Positions 51,747-61,179 are shown, counted from the stretch's first letter. The stretch is DNA of 64,000 nucleotides from an uncultured Candidatus Peribacteria bacterium (GCA_964433325.1 CAYSPY010000001.1:228961-292960); one strand, 5' to 3'. The notes: generated by a model not told the origin, from the sequence alone. Numbers and translations are program-made.

Positions 51747-52130
51747 TTAAACCACCGGAACAGCCGACGAATGATGATGAAGGATTTTCCATTCGCCGTT
51801 CTCCTCTTTATTCCAAATCATACTAAACCGCGCATCGAGTGGCTTTCGTTCACCATCGCGATCAAGCATAAACTGATACACACCGCAGTGTAGATAACTG
51901 TGGTCGGAAATAGGCACAGTGTGCTCTTCGAGCATCGTCACTGTTGGGTGAAACGACCCGAAGAACGCAAAGTATTTCTCTGCACCGACATAATCGGTCA
52001 TGACAGTTTTGGCCATGGTCGGTAAAAGCGTTAGATTCTCGCTATATAACTGAGCAATAATTGCAGGATTTCCAGTCTGAAGAGCTCTGTCCCACCGGGC
52101 AAAATTCATAGTAGATAGATTGGCATCCAT
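51747..52130 (-). CDS. SnoaL-like / DUF4440 (NTF2-fold) protein
   Basis: Start ATG 52130. The ...ARFSMIWNKEENGEWKILHHHSS C-terminus is typical of the family. Confidence 0.6.
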   Translation of the reverse strand: MDANLSTMNFARWDRALQTGNPAIIAQLYSENLTLLPTMAKTVMTDYVGAEKYFAFFGSFHPTVTMLEEHTVPISDHSYLHCGVYQFMLDRDGERKPLDARFSMIWNKEENGEWKILHHHSSAVPVV

Positions 52131-52180
52131 ACGTCGACTGTAACATGGCAATCCGTTGAATTCACACGATAATCAGATGA

Positions 52181-52702
52181 TCAGATGATCCGACTGTCAT
52201 ACGCCCAATGCAGAACGGCCTGTCGCTGTCTCCTTCTGCACGAGAGATCTCCCCTGTCACAATTATTTTTAATCTGCGTGATGTGCCGCTTGATCGCAAG
52301 CCATCGCTTGATCTGTCGATCATCTTCCTGCGGCAAACGTCGTCCCATGTAATATCGACAATACCACTGGAACCATCCACGGGGGTCTGCGGGGTGAATC
52401 CATCCGTTCTTCCGCCAAACGGAAAGCGACTGACTTGCATTCACGCCGAAGAAATTCAGTGTGGGGTCATGCTTCTCGTGACAGAGTTTCGCCTTGGTAA
52501 ACCAGTCTGCGGCAAATTCATCGCGACAATCGGTCATATACTTTCCGCCAAAGACCCCCAGTTCCAACATCTGCTTGGGCGTAAGTTCGGGCTTAAAACG
52601 CGGATCGAAGTTTTTTCCCTCCGGTTCGGTTAACACATATGTTGCCTGCTGCATGAGGTCACTGACAGAAACAGTAACGGGGCGCTTCGTCGTGCGTTTC
52701 AT
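52181..52702 (-). CDS. Conserved hypothetical protein
   Basis: Start ATG 52702 (MKRTTKRP). Trp/Arg-rich conserved-looking core (GWIHPADPRGWFQWYCRYYMGRR). TATTCT lies 6 nt upstream. Confidence 0.55.
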   Translation of the reverse strand: MKRTTKRPVTVSVSDLMQQATYVLTEPEGKNFDPRFKPELTPKQMLELGVFGGKYMTDCRDEFAADWFTKAKLCHEKHDPTLNFFGVNASQSLSVWRKNGWIHPADPRGWFQWYCRYYMGRRLPQEDDRQIKRWLAIKRHITQIKNNCDRGDLSCRRRQRQAVLHWAYDSRII

Positions 52703-52860
52703 GGTGAAGAGAATACAGGACATATGCAAACGACGAGAGTAGACACATAAAAAATCCCTCTCCCGCAAATGCGCGCAGTGGAGTGAGTGTTTCTAGATTG
52801 AGTATGTTCAGCAGAAAGATGTTATTGAGGTTGTACAACGAAAGTGTAGATTGATTCCCA

Positions 52861-53724
52861 ATGCCCTCCCGCCGAGAATTCCTCGCGTCGGCAGTAGCCA
52901 CAGCGACCTATGCCGCGGTTGGCCCCCTGTGTGCAGAAGAAGGTGAGTTACAACTGGGGCCGGACATCAATGCCACACTCGAACACATTGCCTGCGTGTT
53001 GATGGGAACGGACTATGTGAAAAACGTCGAGATGCATTTAGTGGACAATCCTTCGATTGGATTAACACAGTGGCGCTGGTGGCACTTTAACCAAGGGTTA
53101 ACCTTTAGCGAGTATGCAAAAGTAGAAAGAGTGAATATGGAATTATACAATGCGATGAAGCTTGTATATGACCAAGGAGACATGGGGCTGGATCACTTGA
53201 TGCTTGAAGGGCTGGTAGAAGGAAGAAGAAATTCCATGATTCAATGCATGTGGGACACGCACTATGCAATGACCTATAAATTGGCGAAGCGAATATCACC
53301 TTTTAGAGACCCCGACCCAGAAGCCGTAAAAGAAAAGATGTACAAAGAAAACTATCTACGTATGCGTGGGACATACATGCTGCAAGATAGGAGGAATGTC
53401 ACACTTTCCCCCATTGGTCGCTTGGGTGCTGGGTATGCGCTGGCAACACAACGCGCAATGTACTTTGACCATGCCGAAGACCCAGTGATTGATGCTCAAG
53501 CAGAAATCGAACAGAACAAAGGAAGAGGTCCAGGGTTTGAAGAGTGGGTGATACGTAAGCGTAATGAACACTTTGTAAAACTCATTCGCGAAAATAGGCA
53601 CGCACTCTCGCACTTGCTTGTTGGCGCAGAACACGATTTGCGGAGTGAGGTGACGATTAATAACGAACTACATACAGAAAAAATCTCGCATATCGTTGTG
53701 AGTGTAAAAGGGGTAGAAGAATAA
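52861..53724 (+). CDS. Hypothetical protein with Tat-type signal peptide
   Basis: N-terminus MPSRREFLASAVATATYAAVG has the twin-arginine consensus S-R-R-x-F-L. Confidence 0.65.
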   Translation: MPSRREFLASAVATATYAAVGPLCAEEGELQLGPDINATLEHIACVLMGTDYVKNVEMHLVDNPSIGLTQWRWWHFNQGLTFSEYAKVERVNMELYNAMKLVYDQGDMGLDHLMLEGLVEGRRNSMIQCMWDTHYAMTYKLAKRISPFRDPDPEAVKEKMYKENYLRMRGTYMLQDRRNVTLSPIGRLGAGYALATQRAMYFDHAEDPVIDAQAEIEQNKGRGPGFEEWVIRKRNEHFVKLIRENRHALSHLLVGAEHDLRSEVTINNELHTEKISHIVVSVKGVEE

Positions 53725-53780
53725 CCAAAAACAAACCCCCGGGTTTATGCCCAGGGGCTTGTATCACTCACAGAGTAGTA

Positions 53781-54257
53781 TTAGTTACCGAATGCGGCGT
53801 CCAGCTTAAGGCTGAAGGCAGCTTTGATCTTAGCTTTCTGGTCGGCCATACATGTTGTTAAGGATGTACCATTGCTGTTACCAAGTACTGCGCAGATCTT
53901 TTTAGAGAAGGCAGCAACAACACGTGCGGCAAGAGATAGGGACTTATCTACTTTGTTCTCCAAACGTGCAACCGTTGCACCGCTGCCATGCACTGTGGAG
54001 CCTGTGCCATACCACCAACGACCATTCTTTAGGTCATCACCCTTATCCATTTTTGCGAGCTTAACCGACGAAGATGCTTTCACATCTGCATTAGTATGCG
54101 TGTCGACATCGACATGCTTGGTGTTAACGCCAGCAGAAATACCTGCGCCAACATTGGCAGAACCACCTAGACCAACAGAATATGCAAAGGCCGGTGTGGC
54201 ACTAAGTGCTATGGAGCCGATGGTGAGTGTACTGATGAAACGGTGCGAGAGAGTCAT
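53781..54257 (-). CDS. Secreted hypothetical protein
   Basis: Start moved to ATG 54257 (MTLSHRFISTLTIGSIALSATPAFA signal peptide). Confidence 0.55.
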   Translation of the reverse strand: MTLSHRFISTLTIGSIALSATPAFAYSVGLGGSANVGAGISAGVNTKHVDVDTHTNADVKASSSVKLAKMDKGDDLKNGRWWYGTGSTVHGSGATVARLENKVDKSLSLAARVVAAFSKKICAVLGNSNGTSLTTCMADQKAKIKAAFSLKLDAAFGN

Positions 54258-54383
54258 AAGAAAAGAGGGAAGAAATACAAACATGCACGAGAACCGCGCA
54301 CGTATGTAAGACGCCCGCTTTATGGCTCTCTTACAAAGAAACGGCACAGAAAAACTACCTAAAAATCGCAAGCATCTAACGAA

Positions 54384-54797
54384 TTACGCCTTACAACCTC
54401 CAAACATGCACTTAAGGCTATTCATCATCGAATTCATCATGCTTATCATCGAATCCATCATGCCCTTCATTGTTTTCATCAACGAATCAAACATGCCTGG
54501 GTCGAGTGCAAAAGAAGACGCTGACGACGCACTGCTTACGCTGCTAGGTGAGGATGATTGAGAAGATGAAGAGACTACCAAAGCAGAAGAGGATGATTTC
54601 TTCACGACTGGCACAACTGGCTTGGTAACAGGAACAACTTTTGGCGGAACCACTCCATTCGGCGTACACGTACCCGGCACAACGCCTGTTGTAAGCGAAG
54701 TGCATTTAAGTGGTGCTACACAATCACTTGGGGAGTAGCACGTTTGAGCCGCTGCCACAGAAGGTACTAAAAGAAGGGCGATAAGGAGAGTTCGCAT
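54384..54797 (-). CDS. Secreted protein with Cys-rich N-domain, Ser-rich linker and Met-rich C-terminus
   Basis: Start ATG 54797 (MRTLLIALLLVPSVAAA). C-terminus MFDSLMKTMKGMMDSMISMMNSMMNSLKCMFGGCKA. Confidence 0.55.
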   Translation of the reverse strand: MRTLLIALLLVPSVAAAQTCYSPSDCVAPLKCTSLTTGVVPGTCTPNGVVPPKVVPVTKPVVPVVKKSSSSALVVSSSSQSSSPSSVSSASSASSFALDPGMFDSLMKTMKGMMDSMISMMNSMMNSLKCMFGGCKA

Positions 54798-54826
54798 GGG
54801 CAGAGAGTATGTACAATGTGCATCTG

Positions 54827-55726
54827 ATGCAAATGAAACTCTTTCTCCCCGTATCGGCCCTGTGCGTGTTCCTGGTGGGCTGCGGCCCCATTGGCCCAAG
54901 CAACACATCATTTGTAGGCGTGATGATCGATAACCACGAAGATGCGAGGCCCTATCAACTTGGGCTAGAGAATGCAGTATTTATACAGGAGCAACTGGTC
55001 GAAGGGTTCATTACACGGTTTGAGGCTGTATTCGACATGCGCAACCTCCCGGCAGAAGTTGGACCTATTCGTTCGGCTCGTCCCTATTTTATCGATGGAG
55101 TATCCCCCATCGTGTCGGCCATTATGCATGTGGGCGGTAGCCCCGAAGCATTGGAGCAATTAGAAGAGAGTGCAACCGTCACAGACTTTAATGCACTCAA
55201 TGGGTACGATCGATTTTTTACCTATGACGACGAAGCACCTGCACCTCATCATCGGTTCTTAACCAGCCAGAGTGGAGCCGCGCTGTTTGCGAAGGTTGTA
55301 TCCCCTATCAGCATTCCCCTGCCCCTATTCCCTGTGGGAGCAGTGGAGGAGGGTGAACCTGCGACAATGATTTCGATTAATTACTACAGCACGCTGCATA
55401 ATGTTGAGTACATCTACAACGCCGATACAAAGTGGTATCAAAAAGAAAGTGGCAAGACTCTTCGCCCACCCTTCCCTCCGAATCTTTTGCTACTGGAAAC
55501 AGACGTTGCAGTAGTAGGGCCACTGGGGCGATTGAGCGTGCGGATGAATGGGAGTGGGTCTGCACTGCTGTTCCGTGATGGAATGGTAAAACACGGCAAC
55601 TGGAGTAAGTGGGGAGACGATGTATTCTTTTCGTTTACAGATGAAACGGGAAAGCCATTTACCTTCCATAAAGGACAGGTGTGGATGTTGGTCCTCGATT
55701 CCCTGAAGCGTGTGTCCTGGCAATGA
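54827..55726 (+). CDS. DUF3048 (YerB-like) lipoprotein
   Basis: MQMKLFLPVSALCVFLVGC lipobox. VMIDNHEDARPYQLGLENAVFIQEQLVEGFITRF matches the DUF3048 N-terminal pattern recalled from memory. Confidence 0.7.
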   Translation: MQMKLFLPVSALCVFLVGCGPIGPSNTSFVGVMIDNHEDARPYQLGLENAVFIQEQLVEGFITRFEAVFDMRNLPAEVGPIRSARPYFIDGVSPIVSAIMHVGGSPEALEQLEESATVTDFNALNGYDRFFTYDDEAPAPHHRFLTSQSGAALFAKVVSPISIPLPLFPVGAVEEGEPATMISINYYSTLHNVEYIYNADTKWYQKESGKTLRPPFPPNLLLLETDVAVVGPLGRLSVRMNGSGSALLFRDGMVKHGNWSKWGDDVFFSFTDETGKPFTFHKGQVWMLVLDSLKRVSWQ

Positions 55727-55775
55727 TATTGTCTTACGACGAGAAAGTTGAGTATCAAAAATCGACAAGCTCCTT

Positions 55776-56237
55776 TTACAGTAACAGCTCACGCGAATGA
55801 CCACCCTCTTTACCGACGAATTTTGTCACGGTCATGTGATACAGCGTCATCGGAATTTTCGGGTTATCCATAAAATCGCGGAACACTGAAAACATAATGT
55901 TTTTCTTATCGACTCTGCTCCAGAAATCTTCCACAAGCAGTTTGAACTGTCCAACATCCGCACTGCCTACCTCGGAAAATTTCCCCCATGCCTGCACACT
56001 CTTCCACGATTTGGGCGCATGCAATTCTTCTACTTGAATACAAATATCGGGATTTTTTTGCATGGAGTGTATTTTACTTCCGCGTGTCGAGAAGCTGAAA
56101 AACACGCCATCGTCATACACATAGGAAATAGGCAGAACATTTACAGCTCCCTGCTCATCCAAAAAACCCACATGCGCATAGCACTGCGCTTTTAGCAATG
56201 CATCAATTTCATCTTTGGTGAGGTCGCGATCAATCAT
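55776..56237 (-). CDS. Pyridoxamine 5'-phosphate oxidase-like flavin-binding protein
   Basis: Start ATG 56237, 2 nt downstream of the upstream kinase gene's stop codon (TAA, 56240-56242). Split-barrel family pattern ...CYAHVGFLDEQGAVNVLPISYVYD. Confidence 0.65.
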   Translation of the reverse strand: MIDRDLTKDEIDALLKAQCYAHVGFLDEQGAVNVLPISYVYDDGVFFSFSTRGSKIHSMQKNPDICIQVEELHAPKSWKSVQAWGKFSEVGSADVGQFKLLVEDFWSRVDKKNIMFSVFRDFMDNPKIPMTLYHMTVTKFVGKEGGHSRELLL

Positions 56238-56239
56238 GA

Positions 56240-57649
56240 TTACATCGGGAGTGTAAAGTGTACCTGCGTTCCCTGCCCTTCTTTGCTCTCGAGCCAAATA
56301 GTGCCTCCGGCTTTTTCGATAATGCCTTTCGCAATATAGAGACCAAGTCCGTTTCCATCGGGCTTTTTAAGGTGTGCGTTTCCTGCACGGCGATATTTTT
56401 CGAATAAGTGCTCAATATCTTTTGGCGGAATACCACAACCCTTATCCGTCACGACCAGTTCTACCGATGTGCGACCTGGGCGTACGCAAATATCAATCTG
56501 CGACCCATCTGGTGAGTACTCAATCGCGTTCACCAAAATCTGTCGCATTACGAGCAGCAAGAGCGTCTTATCCATTGGGATCATCACATCTTCACCCATA
56601 TCGATTTTTATCGTCTGCTTGCGGCTCTGCAAACTGGAATGCCATTCATCCACTGCGTTATCTACAAGTGCTTTGAGCGATGCTGGGACAGGCAAATATT
56701 CCAGTGTGTTGAGGTCAACTTTTTCGGCCAGCTGCAATGTATCGATAATACTATTGAGACGACCGAGGCCTTCGTCCATACAGACGACATGTTCTTCTAC
56801 CAACTTCTTGAGCTCTGGGCTGGCAGTTTCATCACGGAGGGTTTCGAGCGACCACTTCATAATTGTCAGCGGCTCACCCAATTGGTGAAACGTGAGACGA
56901 AGAAGCCCCGAGCGTTCAGCGTTAATGCGCTTGAGTACCTGGACTCTGCGTAGTTCCCACAACGATGCAATGCCTCCTGCAATGGCAAACGCACTAATAA
57001 GAACGGCAATGAGCGCTTGAGGAGAAAAGATGCTGCGGGATAAGCGATCAAAATCATCGGCATACATGTCGATGCCAAGAACAGCACTGACACTGCCATC
57101 GCTACGACGAATAGGTGCATAACCAGAAACAAGCGTCCCCCATTGGTCTACCGATATACCAGGGTCTGCAACTGCATGATCAAATGCATCTTGCTGCAAC
57201 ATCGGTGTCTCAGAAATATCGTAGAACTCACCAGGCTGCGCAGCTTCTTCGTCGGGATCGATTGCTCTGTTTCCATTTGTATCAAGCTCTGCAAACGAGA
57301 GTGTTGCATCTGCATCACCAATAAATTCGAGCATCATGGGGTCCTGCGTTTTACGAAGGACATACACAAAGCGCATGTCTGTTTCGGTGCGTACTTTTTG
57401 TAACTGATCAATCAACATGCGGTAGTCTGGGCTGTTTGCATCTTCAATTCCACGAATATGATCTAACGCTTCGCCATCAATAGACAAAGCTGCCGCACCA
57501 GCAACTGCCGCAAGCCTAGAACGCAATTGATCTGCAAGCACTGCCTGGGACCGCGTGTAAAAACTCACACCAATCAATATGATAATGAGTCCAACTATTG
57601 CGGAGAGAAGCACTACAGGCCAGTGAGCGAGATGGTTTCGTGTGGTCAT
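56240..57649 (-). CDS. Sensor histidine kinase with periplasmic Cache-like domain
   Basis: TM, extracytoplasmic domain, TM, H-box FHQLGEPL, then HATPase N/G boxes (NAIEYS, DKGCGI, GNGLGL). Confidence 0.85.
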   Translation of the reverse strand: MTTRNHLAHWPVVLLSAIVGLIIILIGVSFYTRSQAVLADQLRSRLAAVAGAAALSIDGEALDHIRGIEDANSPDYRMLIDQLQKVRTETDMRFVYVLRKTQDPMMLEFIGDADATLSFAELDTNGNRAIDPDEEAAQPGEFYDISETPMLQQDAFDHAVADPGISVDQWGTLVSGYAPIRRSDGSVSAVLGIDMYADDFDRLSRSIFSPQALIAVLISAFAIAGGIASLWELRRVQVLKRINAERSGLLRLTFHQLGEPLTIMKWSLETLRDETASPELKKLVEEHVVCMDEGLGRLNSIIDTLQLAEKVDLNTLEYLPVPASLKALVDNAVDEWHSSLQSRKQTIKIDMGEDVMIPMDKTLLLLVMRQILVNAIEYSPDGSQIDICVRPGRTSVELVVTDKGCGIPPKDIEHLFEKYRRAGNAHLKKPDGNGLGLYIAKGIIEKAGGTIWLESKEGQGTQVHFTLPM

Positions 57650-59073
57650 GCTGCTTGACGGAGGAAAAGTGTGACGGTCGTCCCCTTACCAAGTTCACTC
57701 GCAAGAGTGATACGACCCCGTGAACGCTGAACGATGCGCTGGACAATATACAGACCCAGACCATTCCCTGCTGGCTTATACCGTGTCGCATTAGACCCGC
57801 GCTTGAACTGTTCGAAAATACGAGGCAAATCTGCTTTCGGGATCCCGTATCCTTCATCTTTAATCTTGATCTCGATTCCTCCGCGGACAGCAACTGCAGT
57901 CATATGCACCGTAGACCCTTTAGGTGAATACCACGATGCATTTTCCAAAAGTTCCCGGAGCATTCCAGAACACAGCTTGGAATCTAGCAAAGCCAGAGGC
58001 AATGTACGTGGAATACGGAGGACAATTTTCTGCTTTCGTAGATTGTAGGTTTTTGCCAGATCCTTGATGACCGCACGTGTGACCGCTGCAATGGAGCAGG
58101 TATTTAATTCAATACTCGTATCAGACGCCTGCAACTTTCCCGCTTGCTGGAGCCCTTTAATAATACCATCCATACGATCAATTCCTTCTTGGAGTTGGTC
58201 ACAAATATCGCCACGCTTACAGAATTTTCCATTATCGCGTTCGCGTAGGAGCTCTAACCACCAACGAAATGTTGCGAGTGGCATTCCTAGTTGATGCGTC
58301 GCAAGATCCAACAGTGCCGTACGCTCGGTATCTAACTGGCGCAAAGAATCTACATGGCGTGCGCGAATAACCATGACGACGTAGAACGCAAGTAATGCTC
58401 CAACGAGAGCAACCAACAACACGGACATCATCGAGAATGTCGTACTGATGGAATCGAAGAATTCATCGGCTTCCATATCGATACCAAGGACGGCGATAAC
58501 ATTTCCTTTTGCATCTTTAATAGGAGCGAATGCAGACAGCAGACTGCCCCATTGGTCTACAGTGATTTCATCTTCGACAACAGGATAATCAAATGCTGCA
58601 TTTTGCAATGTTGGAATGTCATTGATGGAATACGCATCCCCTGGCATCCCGGGAATCTCGTCATCATCAACGACACCATTCTTATTTTCATCCAACTCTG
58701 TATCAGACTTAAGCCCATCTGCATCTGCCACAAAGGAGAGCATCATGGGGTCAGTCGTCCTGCGCATGATGTAGGCGAACCTCGTCCCTGGCGAAAGAGT
58801 GCGAATGGATTCTAACTGCGATACAAGTTTGCGATACGCAGTCGATTGCATATCTGCTTGGCGATACACGCGTTCGACCGATACAGGGTCAATCGCGAGG
58901 ACAGCGATGGAAATAGTGCTTTGTAGTCGCAACCGTAGTTGCTCCTCGGCTACATGCTGGCCACGCACATGAAACATCACCCCCAAAGATGCCGTCACAA
59001 AGACAATTGTGAATGGAGCCACCGCTAGCTTAAGAGTGGTCCATAGCGGCCGCAAAGGGGTATAGATGTTCAT
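57646..59073 (-). CDS. Sensor histidine kinase, paralogue of 56240-57649
   Basis: Start ATG 59073. Same architecture; H-box THQLGMPL; DEGYGI, GNGLGL. ATGA overlap with the downstream kinase. Confidence 0.85.
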   Translation of the reverse strand: MNIYTPLRPLWTTLKLAVAPFTIVFVTASLGVMFHVRGQHVAEEQLRLRLQSTISIAVLAIDPVSVERVYRQADMQSTAYRKLVSQLESIRTLSPGTRFAYIMRRTTDPMMLSFVADADGLKSDTELDENKNGVVDDDEIPGMPGDAYSINDIPTLQNAAFDYPVVEDEITVDQWGSLLSAFAPIKDAKGNVIAVLGIDMEADEFFDSISTTFSMMSVLLVALVGALLAFYVVMVIRARHVDSLRQLDTERTALLDLATHQLGMPLATFRWWLELLRERDNGKFCKRGDICDQLQEGIDRMDGIIKGLQQAGKLQASDTSIELNTCSIAAVTRAVIKDLAKTYNLRKQKIVLRIPRTLPLALLDSKLCSGMLRELLENASWYSPKGSTVHMTAVAVRGGIEIKIKDEGYGIPKADLPRIFEQFKRGSNATRYKPAGNGLGLYIVQRIVQRSRGRITLASELGKGTTVTLFLRQAA

Positions 59074-59200
59074 AAAAGGTTTCCAGTTATTATAGCAGGA
59101 AGTAGGTTTTTGAGCCAGTTTTTGAGTATCAATGGACACCAAAAGTAGATAGGCGCAAGGTCCTGTTTCGGCCTGTGATTTGCTGCTAATCTGCAGTTCC

Positions 59201-61072
59201 ATGAAACAACTCACGACAGACCAGATTAGGCAGGCCTACCTCGATTTCTTTGCTGCCAACGGGCACGCCGTTATCCCCGGAGCCCCGCTTGTCCCAGAAA
59301 ATGACCCAACGGTGCTGTTTACAACAGCGGGAATGCACCCGTTGGTCCCCTATTTAATGGGGGAAACCCACCCTATGGGTAAGCGCTTGGTAGATGCACA
59401 AAAGTGTGTGCGCACAGGGGATATAGATGAAGTAGGAGATAGCTCTCACCTGACGATGTTTGAAATGATGGGTAACTGGAGTTTGGGAGATTACTTTAAA
59501 GAAGGAGCGATTACGATGAGCTTTAAATTCCTGACAGAGGTCTTGGAAATCCCCATTGGTATGCTTGCCGTCACCTGTTTTGAAGGGGATAGCGACGCTC
59601 CACGTGACGAAGAGTCTGCTGGAATTTGGGAGAAACTAGGTATCCCACGCGAGCGAATTGGATTCCTTCCGAAAGCTAAAAACTGGTGGGGGCCTGCCGG
59701 CGTCACTGGCCCCTGCGGCCCCGATACAGAAATGTTTTACTGGGTAGGCGAAGGCGAACCAACGGGGAACCCAGCGACTCATGATGCGCAGTGGATGGAA
59801 ATCTGGAACGACGTGTTCATGCAATATAACAAGAAGGAAGATGGAACATTCGAGCCACTCACACAGCAAAACGTCGATACAGGCATGGGGCTTGAGCGTG
59901 TAGCTGCAGTGCTACAGGGAGTTGATAACGTGTATGAGACGGACCGGATGCTTCCAATTATGAAAGCGGTCAGCGGGAAGCGGTTAGCGCAAAGCTCTGA
60001 TACGAATGACCAATCGCTCATTGCTAATCGCCACACTCGTATCATCACCGACCACCTAAAAGCTGCAACCTTTATGATTGCAGACGGCGTGACACCCGGG
60101 AATGTGGACCAGGCGTATGTTCTCCGTCGTATTATTCGCCGCGCGATTCGTTCGGCACGTGCACTGGGGATCGAAGCTACAGGCCAGTTTACTTCCGGCA
60201 TTGCAGAAGAAGTAATCGCCCAATATGGACATATCTACGGAGCCCTAGTGGATAAGAAAAAGTCGATCCTTGATACTCTCAGCCACGAAGAGCAACAGTT
60301 CGGAAAAACGCTCCAGGAAGGGCTGAAGCGGTTCTCTAAAATTGTAGAAGAATTGAGCGGAAAGCATATCGACGGCCAGATTGCCTTTAACTTATACGAC
60401 ACCTACGGCTTCCCGCTGGAGCTGACCAAAGAAATGGCTGCAGAACAGGGGCTTACTGTAGATGAACAAGGATTTAATACAGCTTTTGCCGCTCACCAAA
60501 GGCTTTCACGTGCTGGTGCTGAACAAAAATTCAAAGGAGGTTTGGCCGATAACAGTGCCGAAACAACCAAGCTCCATACAGCGACTCACCTGTTGAACGC
60601 TGCACTCCACCGCGTACTCGGCGCTCATGTCATGCAGAAAGGAAGCAACATTACCGCTGAGCGCCTGCGTTTTGACTTCACCCACGGGGACAAGATGACA
60701 CCGGAACAGATTCAAGAGGTAGAAACCTTAGTGAATGAAGCGATCAACGCTGATCTTCCCGTGAGTTACCACATCAGCACGGTGGATGGCGCAAAAGAAG
60801 AAGGAGCAATTGGTGTGTTTGATGACCGCTACGGTAGTGATGTGAAGGTCTATGTGATGGGCGACCCACAGGGCATGACGGCGGGCTCTGGAAAAATCGG
60901 TGATGGGACTGTCTTTAGCAAAGAGATCTGTGGCGGTCCGCATGTGTCACACACCGGAGTGCTAGGCAAGTTCACCATCCAAAAAGAAGAGAGCTCATCG
61001 GCAGGAGTCCGTCGTATTAAAGCGATTGTGAGTGGTGGCCCAGAAGAGATTGAGACAGCTGGGGAACGATAA
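59201..61072 (+). CDS. alaS: Alanine--tRNA ligase, short form lacking the C-terminal C-Ala domain
   Basis: Start ATG 59201 (MKQLTTDQIRQAYLDFFAANGHAVIPGAPLVPENDPTVLFTTAGM). Editing-domain HTATHLL and CGGPHV. The ORF ends shortly after the editing domain (623 aa). Confidence 0.9.
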   Translation: MKQLTTDQIRQAYLDFFAANGHAVIPGAPLVPENDPTVLFTTAGMHPLVPYLMGETHPMGKRLVDAQKCVRTGDIDEVGDSSHLTMFEMMGNWSLGDYFKEGAITMSFKFLTEVLEIPIGMLAVTCFEGDSDAPRDEESAGIWEKLGIPRERIGFLPKAKNWWGPAGVTGPCGPDTEMFYWVGEGEPTGNPATHDAQWMEIWNDVFMQYNKKEDGTFEPLTQQNVDTGMGLERVAAVLQGVDNVYETDRMLPIMKAVSGKRLAQSSDTNDQSLIANRHTRIITDHLKAATFMIADGVTPGNVDQAYVLRRIIRRAIRSARALGIEATGQFTSGIAEEVIAQYGHIYGALVDKKKSILDTLSHEEQQFGKTLQEGLKRFSKIVEELSGKHIDGQIAFNLYDTYGFPLELTKEMAAEQGLTVDEQGFNTAFAAHQRLSRAGAEQKFKGGLADNSAETTKLHTATHLLNAALHRVLGAHVMQKGSNITAERLRFDFTHGDKMTPEQIQEVETLVNEAINADLPVSYHISTVDGAKEEGAIGVFDDRYGSDVKVYVMGDPQGMTAGSGKIGDGTVFSKEICGGPHVSHTGVLGKFTIQKEESSSAGVRRIKAIVSGGPEEIETAGER

Positions 61073-61073
61073 T

Positions 61074-61177
61074 GTCATGGTTTCGTCTGTGCTCACATCA
61101 TGACATCTAGTGTGTCATCCTGAGCCCGACGAAGGGTGATAGATAGTGACGTCATGGTTCGTCGAGCTCACCATGAC
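61074..61177. repeat. Palindromic repeat, copy 5 (three hairpin units)
   Basis: GTCATGGTTTCGTCTGTGCTCACATCATGAC, then GTCATCCTGAGCCCGACGAAGGGTGA, then GTCATGGTTCGTCGAGCTCACCATGAC. It fills the whole alaS-to-next-gene spacer. Confidence 0.8.
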
Positions 61178-61179
61178 AG

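Noticed and set aside
4779-61177. CRISPR array formed by the repeated palindromic units
   Set aside because: The copies are dispersed, one per intergenic spacer tens of kb apart, in both orientations. They are not separated by regular short spacers, and no cas genes are present.
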